Shown piece by piece: positions 40,731 to 56,410 of a stretch of 64,000 bases of DNA. The position numbers and the translations under genes are program-made. Numbering within the stretch: position 1 is the stretch's first letter; every line of letters starts with the position of its first letter. The notes beneath the pieces are model-generated. The model did no database searches. It was not told where the DNA came from and worked only from the letters and a program-made list of their open reading frames with translations. The stretch is from the human T2T-CHM13v2.0 reference genome, Homo sapiens, in NCBI GenBank assembly GCA_009914755.4, contig CP068257.2, positions 12,640,001 to 12,704,000 on the forward strand, in the 5' to 3' direction.

Positions 40731-43700
40731 GTAAAAGAAAATGTAAAGCTGTTTCTCTTTTCTTTTTCTGACCTAATTGATTCAAACACAAACTAGTGGC
40801 ATCGTGTTATTTCAAATAAAATCTGGGCCATAATTTTCAAATATTTGGGGATAACTCAAATGCATATGTTTCCACTTTACCATATTTGAGAGAATAATCC
40901 AAAACTTATGGTGTCATCTACATGGCTCACATTAAATATTACACATAGTTACTTAATCTTGAAAATAATTATTTAAAAAGGTGCTGTTGTCCTCATTTTA
41001 CAGCTGAGGAAACTGAGGCTTTTATGTAAAGTCATGAAAGATTCAAAAATGGCCACTGTGTATATGTGAAGGTTGTGGGTGATGTGAAGATAAATAGGTG
41101 TCTATTAAGGGGTTTAAAGCCTAGTGAGCCTAGGTCACGTATACAATCAAACTACATGATCAGCATTAAACACTATAAAGATAGTGAAAGAAAACACTGT
41201 GAGAATTCAGAGCAAGGGGAGGCTGTATTGGGTTGCCATATTAATGTGATTTCTAAGGAGTACTTGACAATTGAGGGGAGACTAAAAGGATGAATAGAAG
41301 TTTATCAGCTTGAGATCACAGAGAAGGAGAGAAAGTCATAGAGGCAGATAGACAGGTGTGAGTAAAGACAGGGATGGGGAGGTAAGAAGGTATTTGGCAA
41401 GAGTGAGGGTGCCAGTTTGAGTGGTCTTCAGGTTATTGGTAGGGAAAAGTAGGGGAGCTAAAGGTGAGAAGGAAGATTGGAGATATGTCAGAGATGATCA
41501 TTGGGAAGGCAAGTGGAGGATTTTGGAAAATTGATGAAGGAAGTGACATAGTTGGATTTGTATTTCAAATAATAAATTAGCAGTGATAATAAAAAGATGG
41601 GTTTTTATTGGAGGGACTAAAGTCAGAGAGACTAAAGTCAGAGAGACTAGAATGAAGCAGGGGTTGGTAGGAAAAGAATAATCAAGTGTATTTGGGAGTC
41701 CAGAAGAAAGGTAGTCTAGTATAGAAAGATCTCCTATCTGATCCATGGCTGTGTCACCCAAAATAACCAATAGGTAAGAAGCAGAAGAGAATTGAATAAA
41801 TACCGAATGAAAGAGTGAATGAATGGCCAGAGAGCTACAATGGAATTGGATAATAGGGATGAATAGGAAAGACATTACAGTGAAAAACCTAAGAATTGTC
41901 CATTTGAGGGTGAGTCAGGAAAGGGCATTCATTAGTCAATCATGCTTTTGAGGTTTAGGTTGGGTAACTGGGATATCAATGATGACAAAAATAAGGAAAA
42001 CAGGAAACCAGGAAAAAAATAGGAAACCACTAATCAAACCAGAGCCTTAATTAGTGAAGGACAGAAATGGTGAGTTCATTGTTGGACACATTTAATGGGA
42101 AGTTTTGATGAATTTTTCCATTTTTTTTTCTCCAGTTGGCAGACTAAAAATGCACATCTGTAAGTCTGGAAATTAGGCTTCTTTATCTGTAAAATGAGGG
42201 GCTTAAACTGGATGATTTCTACATTTCTGTCAAATTCTAACATTCTAGAGCTCTTAGTTCTACTTACTCTTGGAATTATTCTGTAGAGATAATCAGTGAA
42301 CCCATAGGAGTAGATAGGATCACCATGAATGAGGAATAAGAGCCATGAGAGTGAATGACAGATTCTTGAGGGGTGTCCACATAGAGCTGATTAGTGGACT
42401 AACTTCACAGAAATTGAACAGAGATAAGTTCCTCGTCAGATGATCAGAGGGAGAGAAGGAGACAGAACAACAGCCACAATGATGTGAATGCCTGCTCCAT
42501 GTCTGGAAACCCAGGCATGTTTTCATTGTTGAAGTTGAAACAAATGAAAATGCCTGTATTTGACTTGTTCTGACCCACAAAAATGGCAATTTCATACGGC
42601 TTAAGCTAACACAGTAGTTTATTTAGCATGTACCCTAATGAGGGAGCTCTGACACTCTTTACTTAAACTTTGTTACTTATGGTTTCAGTTTTATCACTTG
42701 TAAAGGATAGATATTGTTTCCTTGATTACATCAAATATGTGTAGTGCATACTCAAGAGTGCAATAAATGTTAGCTATTATTTAACAATAGAAAATATAAA
42801 TAATTATGACAAAGCCCTGTGACTGGTAAGTTTTGGAGCCGGATTTGCATCCATGTCCAGCTTACTCCCAAGCCAATGTTCTTAAAAACTAAATTGGCAT
42901 TTACATGGACAGTAATGAGACATTCTACAAACACCAGGTTCTATTTCAATAGGTTTGGGAAACTGAGTTCCTCCATGAATCTGAAATCTTTTTTCTTTCC
43001 TTCATTAAAGGTTTTGAGATATTCTACAATAAAATGACCTGTTTAATTCTGTTTAGCACAATGCTCCTCAAATTTATTTGACCATGATTTTTTTCCTTGT
43101 GTTGCTCATTAATATCTTGGAGCAACTTGTGTTCCACAGAATATACTTTGAGAAATTCCAAACTGTGAGCATTGCCTTCCAAGAAACAGAAAAGTATGAT
43201 GTAACAAAGGCAAAAAAAAAAAAATACTGTTTGAAGTAAATTCTCAGTAGTTCTGAAATGTTACATATCTATTAAAAACAAAGAAAATTAAGAAATGATT
43301 CTTGATTATAGTAAAGGAAACATGATCAAGAGAGAAATGGAAAAAGAATATAGATTGTAGTTAATTGAATAATTGTTTGGAAAATTCAAAAGTATAGTAT
43401 AACTAAAGGGAAGTTTTTTTTAGAGATAATTTCTTGTGTTTGTATCAAGTGAAACAGGTGCACCTAGAGTGAGACTGGTAGTAACGCAAATAAGAAAATA
43501 ATAGAGCCATCTATGTGGAAGTTGTTATATCTTCATATTCATATCCATATGGGAAAACAGAGAGAGATGCATGATTTTGGTAATGGAAAAGTCAGATAAA
43601 ACAAAAACTATGAAACTTAGAACCTTGCTTCTCTTTTCTCCTCTCTTATTTTTACTGTCTGGCCATAGTACTGCTTGTAACTGTCTCCATTTAAAAATAG

Positions 43701-45966
43701 GCAGATATTATGAGACAGATTTATGTTTGTTCTGTCATTTTGTTAACATTCACTGGGAAAAGAGATGTTCATAACGAAAATGAGATATAAGAATTATCTG
43801 GAGTATGGAAGAACAGGACTTTACAACTTCTTTGCTTTTGAGTCAGTGAGAGTCAGATTTATTGACTTGCAGTTTGCAACTCAGTGAGGAAGATACAGAT
43901 GTAGAGGTCTCAAATTATAGCAAGAGAAACATCCATATATACATGAATCTCCGTATCTCTGCATGTCACATGTACATATGAAGGCTAAATTCACACCAAT
44001 TCAGTGAAATTATGTTACAGCTTTAGAGTAGATGCAATAACCTTTGAAGAACATTTTAAGTGAGTAAATAGCATTTCTATAACATATAAAGTATGCAATT
44101 TTAGTGTCCATAATATTACTTATGTAAAGCCTTAATTTTAATTAACTGTCAGTAAATATAGAAAGAGTTTATAACCAAAGAAACAGATTATGAACAGTTT
44201 TATCATAAAGATTTTTTTCCTGATTGGCTTTTGTTTAGAGTGGTCTGCAGTTGTTAGAATATTAATCTTCCCTGATATATTGCTGCTTCACATTTTTTAC
44301 ATTTAAAAAATTTTTAATTTTTAAGGCTTATTAAGTGCAATTGCAAATTATGTTTCCATAAGTAAGGTGAGCCTAGAAATAAAAATCTATAATTTCTGGG
44401 TTTTTTTGTTTTTTTCTTGGTAGAACTCAGCTCTCTTATGGAACCTGATTTAATTGAGAGCAGGCTATATTCACTGACATCATCATAGCTCATTTATATT
44501 TTTTATTTTTTGGAACTTTAAAGCATAAACAGCACTTTCACATGTTAATACTAGAGGCCCACTACAAAAAATATAGAAGGCTAGCATTCAAACAAAACTG
44601 GAGAACTGAAGCTGAAAATGCTACATCCATATTTTATGACACTAATAAAGATCTTACCTCATTTTTTAAAAAAGAAATTGCCCTGAATAGTTTTTTTCCC
44701 TGAGTCTCAGCTATTCGCTTCAAATTTCTAGGATACTTGGCACATTTCTAATGTATCGTGTTTTATGTCTCACTGTTGGGAACTTCCTTTCTCCGATCCA
44801 ATGTGTAAAATATAGGCACCTTATTTTCAAAGTGTGATGATTAAGGAGCACACTGCTGCTTCCAGTTTAAGAGGGCTAAGTGGTTCATTTACTTTACTTA
44901 CCTCACTAAATTCCACTGAAAGGACAGTGAATAAATATAAAAGGAAAGGTGTAAGGAGACTTCAGAGTAATACATTTCTATATACGGGAATATATATGGG
45001 ACAGAAAATGAAGGGTAGAAGAAAACCTGTAGCCAGGAACAGATACTGGAGAAGCTGGAGCAGAAGAGGGAGATGTTCAGTTGAGCCATGGAAAAACACT
45101 AAACTTATGTTCACAGGTACAGAGGGAAGAATTGAGTTTCATGGAAGTAATCAAAGTAATTCATTAGAACGTTGTTCTGATGGCCCATCAGCCTCTTTTA
45201 GAACAACGCTGCTACCACCACCAATGTATACAGCCACTGTGATAGTAACAGTATGATGAAAACTAGAAAGCTGATGTTTAAAGAGGAAATTAGGGTTTCT
45301 AGCATGTGTGACACAGATAGAAGGAAGCCTCCTTATTGTGGCTTTTGGAGAAGGCTCAGCCAACTTGACTTGCATCCCAGTATGAAGCCTTTCAGGGTCA
45401 TACCTTCCCACTTAAGCAGAACTTGAAGCAAACTCTTCCATTCAGGGGAGAGAAATGTTGGGGGAAATTAACATATGCAACGGCAGAAGAAAGTCACATC
45501 AGGTACCTATATTAATTAACCATGTCTTTGTCTCATATTTTTAAACTGATAATGCCCATCCAGGGAATACATTTCACTCAAACCAACAGCATAAATAAAA
45601 GTCAACAAATACAGCAGTCAGGCCCAGAAGTAAAACAACAATATGTGGAATACAATTAGACCTTCAAAATGTCTAATTACTGCTTTCAGAGATTCAAAAT
45701 ATTGCATCCATGAAGTCAATGTGGAATGTGCTAAAATAAGTTCAGCCTGAGAACAAGAAAGCTCTTGAAAACATTTTAAAAGGTTGTACAAATGTAACAT
45801 AAGTTAGAAGAAATTATCCCAAATGTACAACATTATAAACAGAGATGGAAAATGAAAGATAAGAAAAAATTACAGGTACAGTTCAAGAAGTTTAACATGT
45901 ATATAAAAAGTTTCAGTAAATGGGGAAAAAATACTAAGTACATAATATTTTTAAAAAATACTTCCT

Positions 45967-46345
<379 letters not shown>

Positions 46346-47885
46346 TTAGAGCAGGAAGACCGAGAGTCCCAAGGCAGTAGTTTATGTTGCAGAGTGCTGG
46401 TGCTAAATAAGATTAAATAAACAGTAGGATATTTGATGAGTTTGAGTGTATTCAGAAGAGACTTTTGGCTATTGAAGTGTTTGGGAATAAATTAGCCCTA
46501 GTTACACAGAAAATTAAGCATACAGAAAAATAGTGACACAAGCTACATATTTGGTGACCTTCATGAGCAATATGTGTTTATTGAATATTTGAGAAAAAAT
46601 GGGTAATCTATTGGAAGGGAAATAGGGAAGTATGGGAGGAATGGAGGAAAATAATAGAACACACTTAAGACTGAGAAAGCTAATAGCCGTATGATATATT
46701 ATTCAAAAATATAAGGAAATTAGCTAAAAGAACGTAAGATGGTGAGAAGCAACTAGTTTGTTTTGTTTTGTTTTGTTTTAAACATGATACCTGCAAAGGA
46801 ACAAGGATCATATTGGCAACACACTTTTATTAGCACTTTTGTATGCTAGAGTCCAATGGAACAGTTGTGTATCTTTTAAGACTCAAGAGCAAACTGGCTT
46901 AAGTAACATGGAAGTGTATTGACACCCAAAGGTAAAATGCCCAGGCATCGATTTTTAAACACACTTGATCCAGAGGTTCAAATAAAGTGTTCACAACTCT
47001 CTTAATTTTGCAGATCTACTTATTTTGTGCTGGTTGGTTTTGTTCCCAGGCTTCACATATTGATGGAAATGTATCTTTCAAAGAACTTTCTTCTGTTTCT
47101 ATGTGTGCTAATAACTGTTTTTCAGCTTCTTCCACTAAAGCTGCAAGTTTACCTGCTAAGTAGCTAATGCAAGAACAACCCTCCCATCAACCACTTCTCA
47201 GGAGCTTAGGACACCAAAAGAATTGTAGCCCTCACTCATTTTATGTGTCCACTGTGGGTCAGGAAAGGGACTCTGCTTATCCTACGGACTCCAGCTGAGG
47301 AAACGAGCCAAGCACCATTTTAAATGCTGGCAGGCACTGTGCAAAGGGAGTAGGACTGACACCAGCAATTAAATGTTCTAACTCGGAAGTGTCATATATC
47401 ATTTCTCTTATAATTCATGGTTCAAAACTATTCATTTGGGTCTATCAACCAAAAGGGGGCCAGAAAGTTCAACTCTACTATGTACCAAGAACCTGGGAGA
47501 ATGGAAATATTTGGCTAAAAGCACTGGTAACTAACATATTGTCCCACAGAACATCATAAAGGTAATACGTTGCTAAACTTCTCTGCATTAGATCGACTTT
47601 TTATCTTCTGTACATTTCTGTGTGGAACCTATGACCACAAATGAGAGCGTTCTGCTGTAGCAGCATGGCAAAACATCAGAAATGTGTATTTATTTCACAT
47701 ACATCATATATTATGTTTATATTTATTTTAGTCTACAATTACACATTTTAGGTATAATGTTTGAGTTTTCAGTTAAAATAATATAAATAGCTTTTATAAT
47801 TAATCTTTTTACAGCAATCTTTTGAAAGCTAAAACACAAATTTCCTTATATTATTAATGTAACTGTGATAACTATGTGAGTTTAG

Positions 47886-48040
47886 GTCTTTTTGTCTGCT
47901 CTGGAGCCTACGTCATCACTAGAGGATCCCTGGCTGCCTCTCGAACCATGTATGTTCAACTGTTAAATAATGTACTGCACCTCCCCATCCAGTTTTTTGA
48001 AACAAATTCCACAGGCCAGATCATCAGTCGTTTCACCAAG
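47886..48040 (+). CDS. ABCC13: ABCC MSD2 exon. Translation: (G)LFVCSGAYVITRGSLAASRTMYVQLLNNVLHLPIQFFETNSTGQIISRFTK.
   Basis: Acceptor is gtgagtttAG|gt. Donor is AAG|gtaagc. The translation matches ABCC2 [52 protein letters not shown]. Confidence 0.85.
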
Positions 48041-48347
48041 GTAAGCAAAGACACACCTTATTAAATAGCATACATAAAAGTGACCCATATTTAGTACCTT
48101 ATATGCTCACTTGTACAAAATATTATGTGTTTTATGTAGATTTCATTGTTAAGTATATTTCTAAGCGTTAGGACGTATATAATTGATGTACAACAGAGTC
48201 ACATTTTGTACATATAATTAAAATAACACTGAAAAATTACTTAAGAATCCAAGAAACACATGCTTTGAGATGTACCACTCTAATTCTTCCACACATCGAG
48301 TTTGAGAATCACTGCTTTAGGCTAAGAAGGGAAAGAAAATGTAAGTT

Positions 48348-48858
<511 letters not shown>

Positions 48859-49865
48859 TTAAAAACATCCTGCCTTTAAGAAAACATAACGTCACTTATG
48901 GTGAATGGGGAATGAGTTGAGATTTTCAGAGTGTCTCTGCTTATCTGTAGGAGTTTTCTCATTGTGTCTACTATAAAATGTTTCTAATAGAACTGTCCAA
49001 TAAAGATAAAATGCAAACCACGTATGTGATTTTAAATTTCCTGGTAGCCATAATAAAGAAGTAAAAGAAAACACAATGGAAAGAATTAATTGTGATAATA
49101 CATTTTATTTAACACAGTATATCCAAAACATTATTCCCAACTGTAATTAATATAAAATTATTGATTAAACTTTACACTTTTTTGTACAAAGTATTTTAAA
49201 TCTGGTTTTTATCATGTGCTTATAGCATATCTCAATTTGCAATAGCCACATTCCAAGTGTTCAGTAGTCACATATTGCTAGTGGTCCCTATATTAAGATG
49301 CGCAAGTCCATAACCTCAAAGTGTATAAACACATTTCTATGTATATGTAAAAACATGGTGGGTGTATAAAGGGAAGTGAAGATAAAACACAAAAACATAA
49401 ATGAAAGTACCTAACATAATAAATTTCTAATGTAATATTAAATCAAGCTTAATTGTACCAAAGTACATACTGTCTTTTGAAAAATTATAGAAGAATTTGA
49501 TCACCACCATTCTGTTTCTCCCAGAGGACATTTCTGACTACAACCCTACTGATTTATTATCTTTTTTATATAGTAAAATTTCAAATGATTGAGTCTTAAG
49601 CAGATGGGAGTACGGGCAGGTAAATTCAAAACAGGAAATTCCATGTGAATACAATACTGTTACATTGTTTGGTATATGAAATAACCAGGGAACTCCCAAA
49701 AGAGGGTAGAATTAACAAAATTTCATCTCTATTTTTTATATCAGTTTTGTCCTGAACTGAGTAGTTCATCCAGTCAAGGTTCAGTGTCTTAGTATTCCCT
49801 GGCATCTCTCAGGTCATACCTTGTGCCACAAACAGATTAAGTTATATGCAACAAAGTGTAAAACA

Positions 49866-50148
49866 GGCTGGGTGCGGTGGCTCATGCCTGTAATCCCAAC
49901 ACTTTGGGAGGCCGAGGCAGGTGGATCACCGAGACCAGCCTGGTCAACATGACGAAACCCCGCCTCTACTAAAAATATAAAAACTCGCTGGGCATGGTGG
50001 CTCATGACTGCAATCCTGGCTACGTGGGAGGCTGAGGCACGAGAATTGCTTGAACCTGGGAGGCAGAGGTTTGCAGTGAGCCGATATCGCACCACTGTAC
50101 TGCAGCTTGGGTGACACAGCGAGACTTTCTCTCAAAAAAAAAAAAAAG
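49866..50148 (+). mobile_element. Alu with an internal deletion in the left arm.
   Basis: ggctgggtgcggtggctcatgcctgtaatcccaacactttgggaggccgaggcaggtggatcaccgagaccagcctggtcaacatgacgaaaccccgcctctac... Confidence 0.85.
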
Positions 50149-50745
50149 TACATATCAATGCATGACCTTCCCTTTGTCCTTCTCTCATTCCTATTTGCCA
50201 CTCCATCTTTCAGTTCATAATTTTATAAATGAAGATTATCTTGTTTTCCTGTCTCTTTTGATATGAGTAGGATCCAGTTACCCAGGAAGGCCACTGAACA
50301 TGTTCTTAGTTGATAACAATGCCCCAGGAGTGATTTACAAATTTTGAGTCATAAATAATGGTAGCCCAATGCCCCAAATACTGGAATTAAAAAAAAACAG
50401 CTATTGAATTATGGACTGTTTTTTCATTTTTGTTTTTGCTTTTTTGATCAAAGTCTGACTTTAATTGTATAATTAATTGCCATGTAGTGGTCACTGGGAA
50501 ATATAAATTGCTTGATGATAAGTATCTTGAAATCGGAACAGCCTTTTAATTGTTATAGTTGACTACAGGGGAAAAATATATGGGGATGAGCAAAGATCAT
50601 GTAGTTAGATTTATTTATGAAATCAATAGATTGTCATACCTGGGTAAACATTTTTAATTTTGCCATTGAATAATATATTTCTTCTTTCTCTCATTTTAAA
50701 CTGTAAAAAGTTAAAAATAAAGTGACCTAATATCAAATTTTTCAG

Positions 50746-50901
50746 GGCGTATTTATAATTGATATGCGTTTGCATTACTATTTACGGCTGTGGGTGAATT
50801 GTACATTGGATATTATTGGAACAGTTTTGGTCATTGTGGGAGCTTTGCCCCTCTTCATTCTGGGGATTATTCCCTTAGTGTTCTTCTATTTCTCTATACA
50901 A
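50746..50901 (+). CDS. ABCC13: ABCC MSD2 exon. Translation: GVFIIDMRLHYYLRLWVNCTLDIIGTVLVIVGALPLFILGIIPLVFFYFSIQ.
   Basis: Acceptor is aaatttttcAG|ggc. Donor is CAA|gtaaat. The translation matches ABCC2 [52 protein letters not shown]. Confidence 0.85.
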
Positions 50902-53900
50902 GTAAATGCATACATTTTTATTTGTATTAATAACTTATAAGTTCACAATCAAATATAGTTTCAGACCCACTTAAACCTCCTCTTTGTCCAGGTTCTCTAA
51001 GAAGCAGAGTCGAAGAAAGAAATACATGTACTAGAGATTTTACTGGGGGAAATGCCTGTAAAAGATAAAGGAGAGGGAGCAGAAGAAGGCTGGGCTGAGC
51101 AAGTCCTCAGACAGCCACTCAGGCTGAATCCCTGTGATTGAGAAAAGGAAAGAAGACGGATTGGGTAACAAGGGTCTTGGACGACAGGACAGTTCTATAA
51201 CAGGTTCAACAGGAAGTTCTCAATCACAGTTGTCCATTGGAGGGTCTCATGTGCACTTTCTGCCAGTACTCAGTCATTGGCTGGCCTCTATGCTAATACA
51301 GCAGTGGATCTATCAGTGCAGTCTCAGGGGCTGTCAGTCAGCTATGCTCCTGCAGCAGGAGAGCTGGGGCCTGCATTTTTATGCCCGCCACAAAACCTGT
51401 ATGTTGTAATTTTAGCAGAAAATTAATTTCCCTGCATATCCAAGAGAGAAACAGATACTGCCTTTTTGTCCTATTTTTTCAGACATCACCTGTCTCTTCC
51501 AGACAAACAATTGCTGGAAGAGCTAAATATGTTTCTCATGATACTTACATGATATCTTCATATTATATCATTTGCAAAATTATGTTACTGTAAGGCTTCA
51601 GTGGAAAACAAAATTTCTTAGCATTTTTTCTTCAGCAATCAAACAAAGCAATTTTATTAAACAATGAAAAGAATCAATTAAAATGGATGTCTTTATTATC
51701 TTTATTATTTTACAAGAAACCATGACAGCTTTTGGTTTAAAAAAAGTTTATAGATTCATACAGAAATGACTCACATAAAAGAAATTTCTCCAGCTCGCTC
51801 CTACACTGTGACATAAAAGTTCTTTTCATATTCACAGATTTATACACCTTATTTCTGTTCCCACAACTTTTTTTGACACTTATACCAAGGTACTAGTCAA
51901 ACATGCAAGAACTATAAATAGATGAATTTTTCAAATGTATGATATCAAGAGATTATTATTATAAAACATTTTAGGCATCTTTTTACATTGCCTTTATCGA
52001 AGTATGTGCAATTTTTTATTACAGGCTGAATCCGCAAATAAAGAGTGAAATTTAAAGACAGTTGCAGAAATAACTATTTCCCATTTATTTTATTTATCTT
52101 GGCAATAAGGACTTCAGTAAAAGATGAAATTAGTTTAAGTAAACAGAAAAACAAAAGTAGATTATAGGTGTAAATGGAGCTCAGATTGAATCCAAAATAA
52201 TGAATGTATGTTTTTCCACTCCGTATTTTAGTTGATTATCCTCAAATATGCAATCTACTATGAAAACGTAATCCTTACATTTGTTGGAGATTTTAAATGA
52301 AGTATAAAATACAGAGAAAATTACCCATTATTTCTAAATTTTCAGTGAAATTCCTATATTAAAATAATATTTATTCCAAAGCATGATTTCTTTATCCTGA
52401 TAGTTTCAACTGATAACATACAAGGTAAAATCAATGCTGAAGCATATTTTAAATATAGAAGTATCTGAGGCTCTTTTCACAAAAAGATTCTTAGAATTTA
52501 ATGCTTTTCAAAAACCCAAGTTTTAAAATTCATGTTAGAGTTTAGTCTGCTCAAGCCAGACTACAAATGATTTTCTCATTTCCTTACCTATACTCCATTA
52601 TTCTTCCTACTTCACATCTTTTCCCTGTTCTTTCTGTCTGTCCCGATCTTACTTGACATTGATGGCCTAGGTCATTTTCCATTTTCTGTGTGGAGCATTC
52701 TCTATCACAATAGTGCAAAAAGAACTGACTCCTTATCTACTATTCTAATATCTACTATTATGGATTTATTACACTGCTGGCATATACTGATGGTATAATA
52801 AATCCAGAATATATGAAAATGTAAGTGCTCTGGGGGCAGAGACTATGTTTTATATATATTGTAAAAATCTAGAAAAAAAGCACTCATGTGGCAAATGAAA
52901 TTTTATGTGTTGGTCTCCTGTCTGGTAATCTATAACAGAGTTATCAGGAGTAAAAAGGAGTCTAGAGATCATGTCTCATTAGGGGCAGTAATATAGGATG
53001 AGGTCTGAATTTGGATGCAGGAACTTGGAGTTCTAGTCATCTTCCTTACTTACCTGCCTGGGACATCATTTCCCTTTCTAGGCTCTATTTCTTTCCCCTG
53101 TGAAATAAAAGGTTTGGTTTGGATGTGTGCTGTGTAAAGTGTAGTTCCTGGACCCATGGGCCATAGCTCAGACCTATTGGGTCAGAATGTCCCAAGGTAG
53201 AGCCCAGAAACCTGCCTTTCAACAAACCCTTCAGGCAGATGATTCTTACTAAAGTATGAGAAGCATTGATCTAGATAAAATTTCTTAAACCAGATTCCCC
53301 AGAGAGTTGCATGAAAGAACTCCATGGATTCTACAATTCACTGAAAATTGATCAGAAGCTCCAAGTGTGTATGCGTATTTGCATTTGTCTAGGGAAAGCA
53401 TTTTACCCTTATTTATCTACTCACATGGTCTGTGACCCCAATAACATATTCCCTAATCTAGGCAATCTAAATCCTTTACAGCCTCAGAATGCCATAGTCC
53501 CCTGTATTCTTCAGAGCACTTAGCATAGAGTTCAGTTGTAGACCACCAGGCTGTATGTAACCTGAGATATGGTTTTGTTTAGCTTGCTCAGTGTTTTTAC
53601 CAAATGTAGACATTTTAAAATCTGGGATTTTACATAAAATTCCAGATTTAAAATTTTCCTGAAAATTGTGCAAGACCGCATAACTTTTGATTTTCATTTC
53701 CAGTTGGTAGCAATTTTCCGGGGCTGATTAATAATCCGGTTAATACAGGGCATGCTCCATCCAGCTCCCAGCAGTCTTACCTATCCTAATTGTCCTCAAC
53801 TTCAAGCCAAGGGGAAATAGATAACTTATAATTGTGACTGTAGTGGAAATATTTGAAGAAAAAAATAAAAAATATTATTTTTCTATAATTATGTTTAAGT

Positions 53901-54085
53901 ACAAAATATCATTGTGCATTTGGTCTGCTTCCCTCATTCAATGAGTTAACTGTTCGGTCACATATTCAACATGTAACATAGAGCTTTCTTCATAGAAGGG
54001 ACTCAATAATGGTCATTTGAGAGCACTGTCGAAGTGAAATTTTGCCCAATTATGTTCTTGTTGTGCTGTCCAGAATTGGCGCTTT

Positions 54086-54381
54086 TTTTTTTTTTTGACA
54101 GGGTCTCACTCTGTTACCCAAGCTGGAGTGCAGTGGCATGATATGATCTCAGCTCACTGCAACCTCTGCCTCCCAGGTTCAAGCGATTCTCCTGCCTCAG
54201 CCTCCTGAGTAGCTGATACCACCGGCAGTCACCACCACAGCAGGCTAATTTTTGTATTTTTGGTAGAAATGGGGATTCACCATGTCGCCCAGGCTGGTCT
54301 TGAACACCTGAGCTCCAGTGATCTGCCTGCCTCAGCCTCCTGAAGTGCTGGGATTACAGGCGTGAACCACCGCTCCCAGCC
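54086..54381 (-). mobile_element. Alu, minus orientation.
   Basis: Poly-T followed by gacagggtctcactctgttacccaagctggagtgcagtggcatgat...gctgggattacaggcgtgaaccaccgctcccagcc. Confidence 0.9.
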
Positions 54382-54510
54382 TCAGAATTTGGGCTTTTTA
54401 CCATCACAAGGGCACATGAGTTTCCTAAGGCTCCTCTAACAAAGTGCTACCAACTGGGTGGCTTAAAACAACAGAAATGTATTCTCTCACAATTTTTAAA
54501 AACCTGTTTG

Positions 54511-54882
54511 TTTTATTTTATTTTATTTTTATGAGACAGGGCCTGGCTCTGTCACCCAAGCTGTAGTGTAGTGCCACGATCATAGCTCACTGCAGTCTCA
54601 ACCTCCTGGGCTCAAGTGTCAAGTGATCCTCCTGCCTCAGCCTCTCGAGTAGCTAGGCCAACAAGCATGCACCACCACATCTGGATAATATATATATGTT
54701 TTGCTTTTTGTAAAAACGAAGTCTTCATATATATATATATATAATATATATATATAACTTTTTGTAAAAACAAGGTCTTCCTACATTGCCCAGGCTCGTT
54801 TCAAACTCCTGGGCTCTAGCAACCCTCCTGTCTTGGCCTCCCAAAGTGTTGGCATTATAAGCGTGGGCACCACACTTGGCCT
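54511..54882 (-). mobile_element. Older Alu (AluJ-like), minus orientation, with an internal (TA)n expansion and a roughly 25-bp local duplication.
   Basis: atgagacagggcctggctctgtcacccaagctgtagtgtagtgccacgatcatagctcactgcagtctcaacctcctgggctcaagtgatcctcc...tttttgtaaaaacgaagtcttcatatatatat...aactttttgtaaaaacaaggtcttcc...cctcccaaagtgttggcattataagcgtgggcaccac. Confidence 0.85.
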
Positions 54883-55358
54883 CTCTCACAGTTCTAAAGG
54901 CCAGAAGTCTAAAATCAATATATAGGCAGAGTTGATTCCTTCTGGAGGCTTTGAGGGAAAATCTCTTTCATGCTCCTCTCCTAGCTTCTGCTGGCTGTCA
55001 ACAATCCTGATATTTTCGTTGGCTTCTAAACACATCACTTCAATCTCTGCCACTGGCAGAGATGGTGTTTTCCCTGTGTCTATGTCTTCTTTTTTGTCTT
55101 TTATAAGGATACTCAACATTGGATTTAGGGTCCACCCTACATCCAGGGTGATGTCATCTTGAGATCCTTAACTTAATTACATGTGTAAAGATGCTATTTC
55201 TGAATAAGGTCACATTCACAGATACGGGGGATTAGGACTTGTATCTGACTTTTGGGGGGTCATTCTTTAAATCACAACACAAGGGTCTTGTAGTTTTTGA
55301 ACTATTGAAGCAATTTCTGCTACATTTTTCCGACTGCTTCTTTCTGTCTTCTGATTAG

Positions 55359-55558
55359 AGATACTATGTGGCAAGCTCTCGGCAAATCCGGAGGTTGACA
55401 GGAGGGTCCCGTTCTCCTGTCATTTCTCACTTTAGTGAGACTTTATCAGGAGTGTCCACCATCAGAGCATTTGGACATGAACAGAGGTTTATCCAGCAAT
55501 ACAAAGAGATGGTGAATGAAGACTTGGTCTGTTTCTACAATAATGTAATTTTCAACCT
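55359..55558 (+). CDS. ABCC13: ABCC MSD2 exon. Translation: RYYVASSRQIRRLTGGSRSPVISHFSETLSGVSTIRAFGHEQRFIQQYKEMVNEDLVCFYNNVIFN, followed by 2 nt.
   Basis: Acceptor is tcttctgattAG|aga. Donor is CCT|gtaagt. The translation matches ABCC2 [66 protein letters not shown]. Confidence 0.85.
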
Positions 55559-56283
55559 GTAAGTCCCGTTAATACCTAGCCTAGGATCAATCTCTTCTTA
55601 GACATCTTGCTCACTGACTTCTAAACAGACGGTTTTGAAATGGCATTTCATCCAAGTTTTAGAAGTATGTATTAATAAGACAAATATTTTCCAGTATTTA
55701 ATGTACATTTAAATTAAATTATATCTATTTATATTCACATGAAAGGCACATACTATTTAATATGAAAAAGGTGCTTTTAGAATTACTCATGACATAATTC
55801 TACATTGTGTTTTATATCTTTAGAATATATTTTATTTGTATACACTGTTTTGTAAAATTTTTGAATTTGAAGTTATAATCTCACATAAAGGAGAAAAATG
55901 AATTAAATAGAAGTTGAGCATGTTTCAATTTTTAAAGACTAATTTTATCATATTAAAAAGTATACACAATTGGAAAGGGAATTGATTTTCCAATAGGATT
56001 TAAAAAATGCAATACATCATTATAGCTGGTGTTATTTTGCTTCTAAATTCAGATCAAGTTTTAAAGCAAAGTTCTGCAAAAGTAAAATGCATTTTCATGC
56101 AGATGAATTCTTTAAGTTATCATGTGATGATCCCATGTTTGATTGAGTTCCAAGTAAGTTGGGGAGAAAAAAGAAAGCAGCTATTGCTGTTTATGTCTCA
56201 ATTTCCCAGAGGAGAGGGTTAGTACCAAATGCACCAAAACTTTTTCATCTCAGTTACTCAGGAATATATTCCATCTGTCACAG

Positions 56284-56410
56284 GTGGCTGTCTGTTAGAC
56301 TTGAATTTCTTGGCAACTTAATGGTGCTTTTTGCTGCACTGCTTGCTGTGCTGGCTGGCAATTCTATAGATTCAGCAATAGTTGGTTTGTCTGTATCCTA
56401 TGCCCTAAAT
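56284..56410 (+). CDS. ABCC13: ABCC MSD2 exon. Translation: (L)WLSVRLEFLGNLMVLFAALLAVLAGNSIDSAIVGLSVSYALN.
   Basis: Acceptor is ctgtcacAG|g. Donor is AAT|gtaagt. The translation matches ABCC2 [43 protein letters not shown]. The conserved Arg is replaced by Leu at the junction codon. Confidence 0.85.
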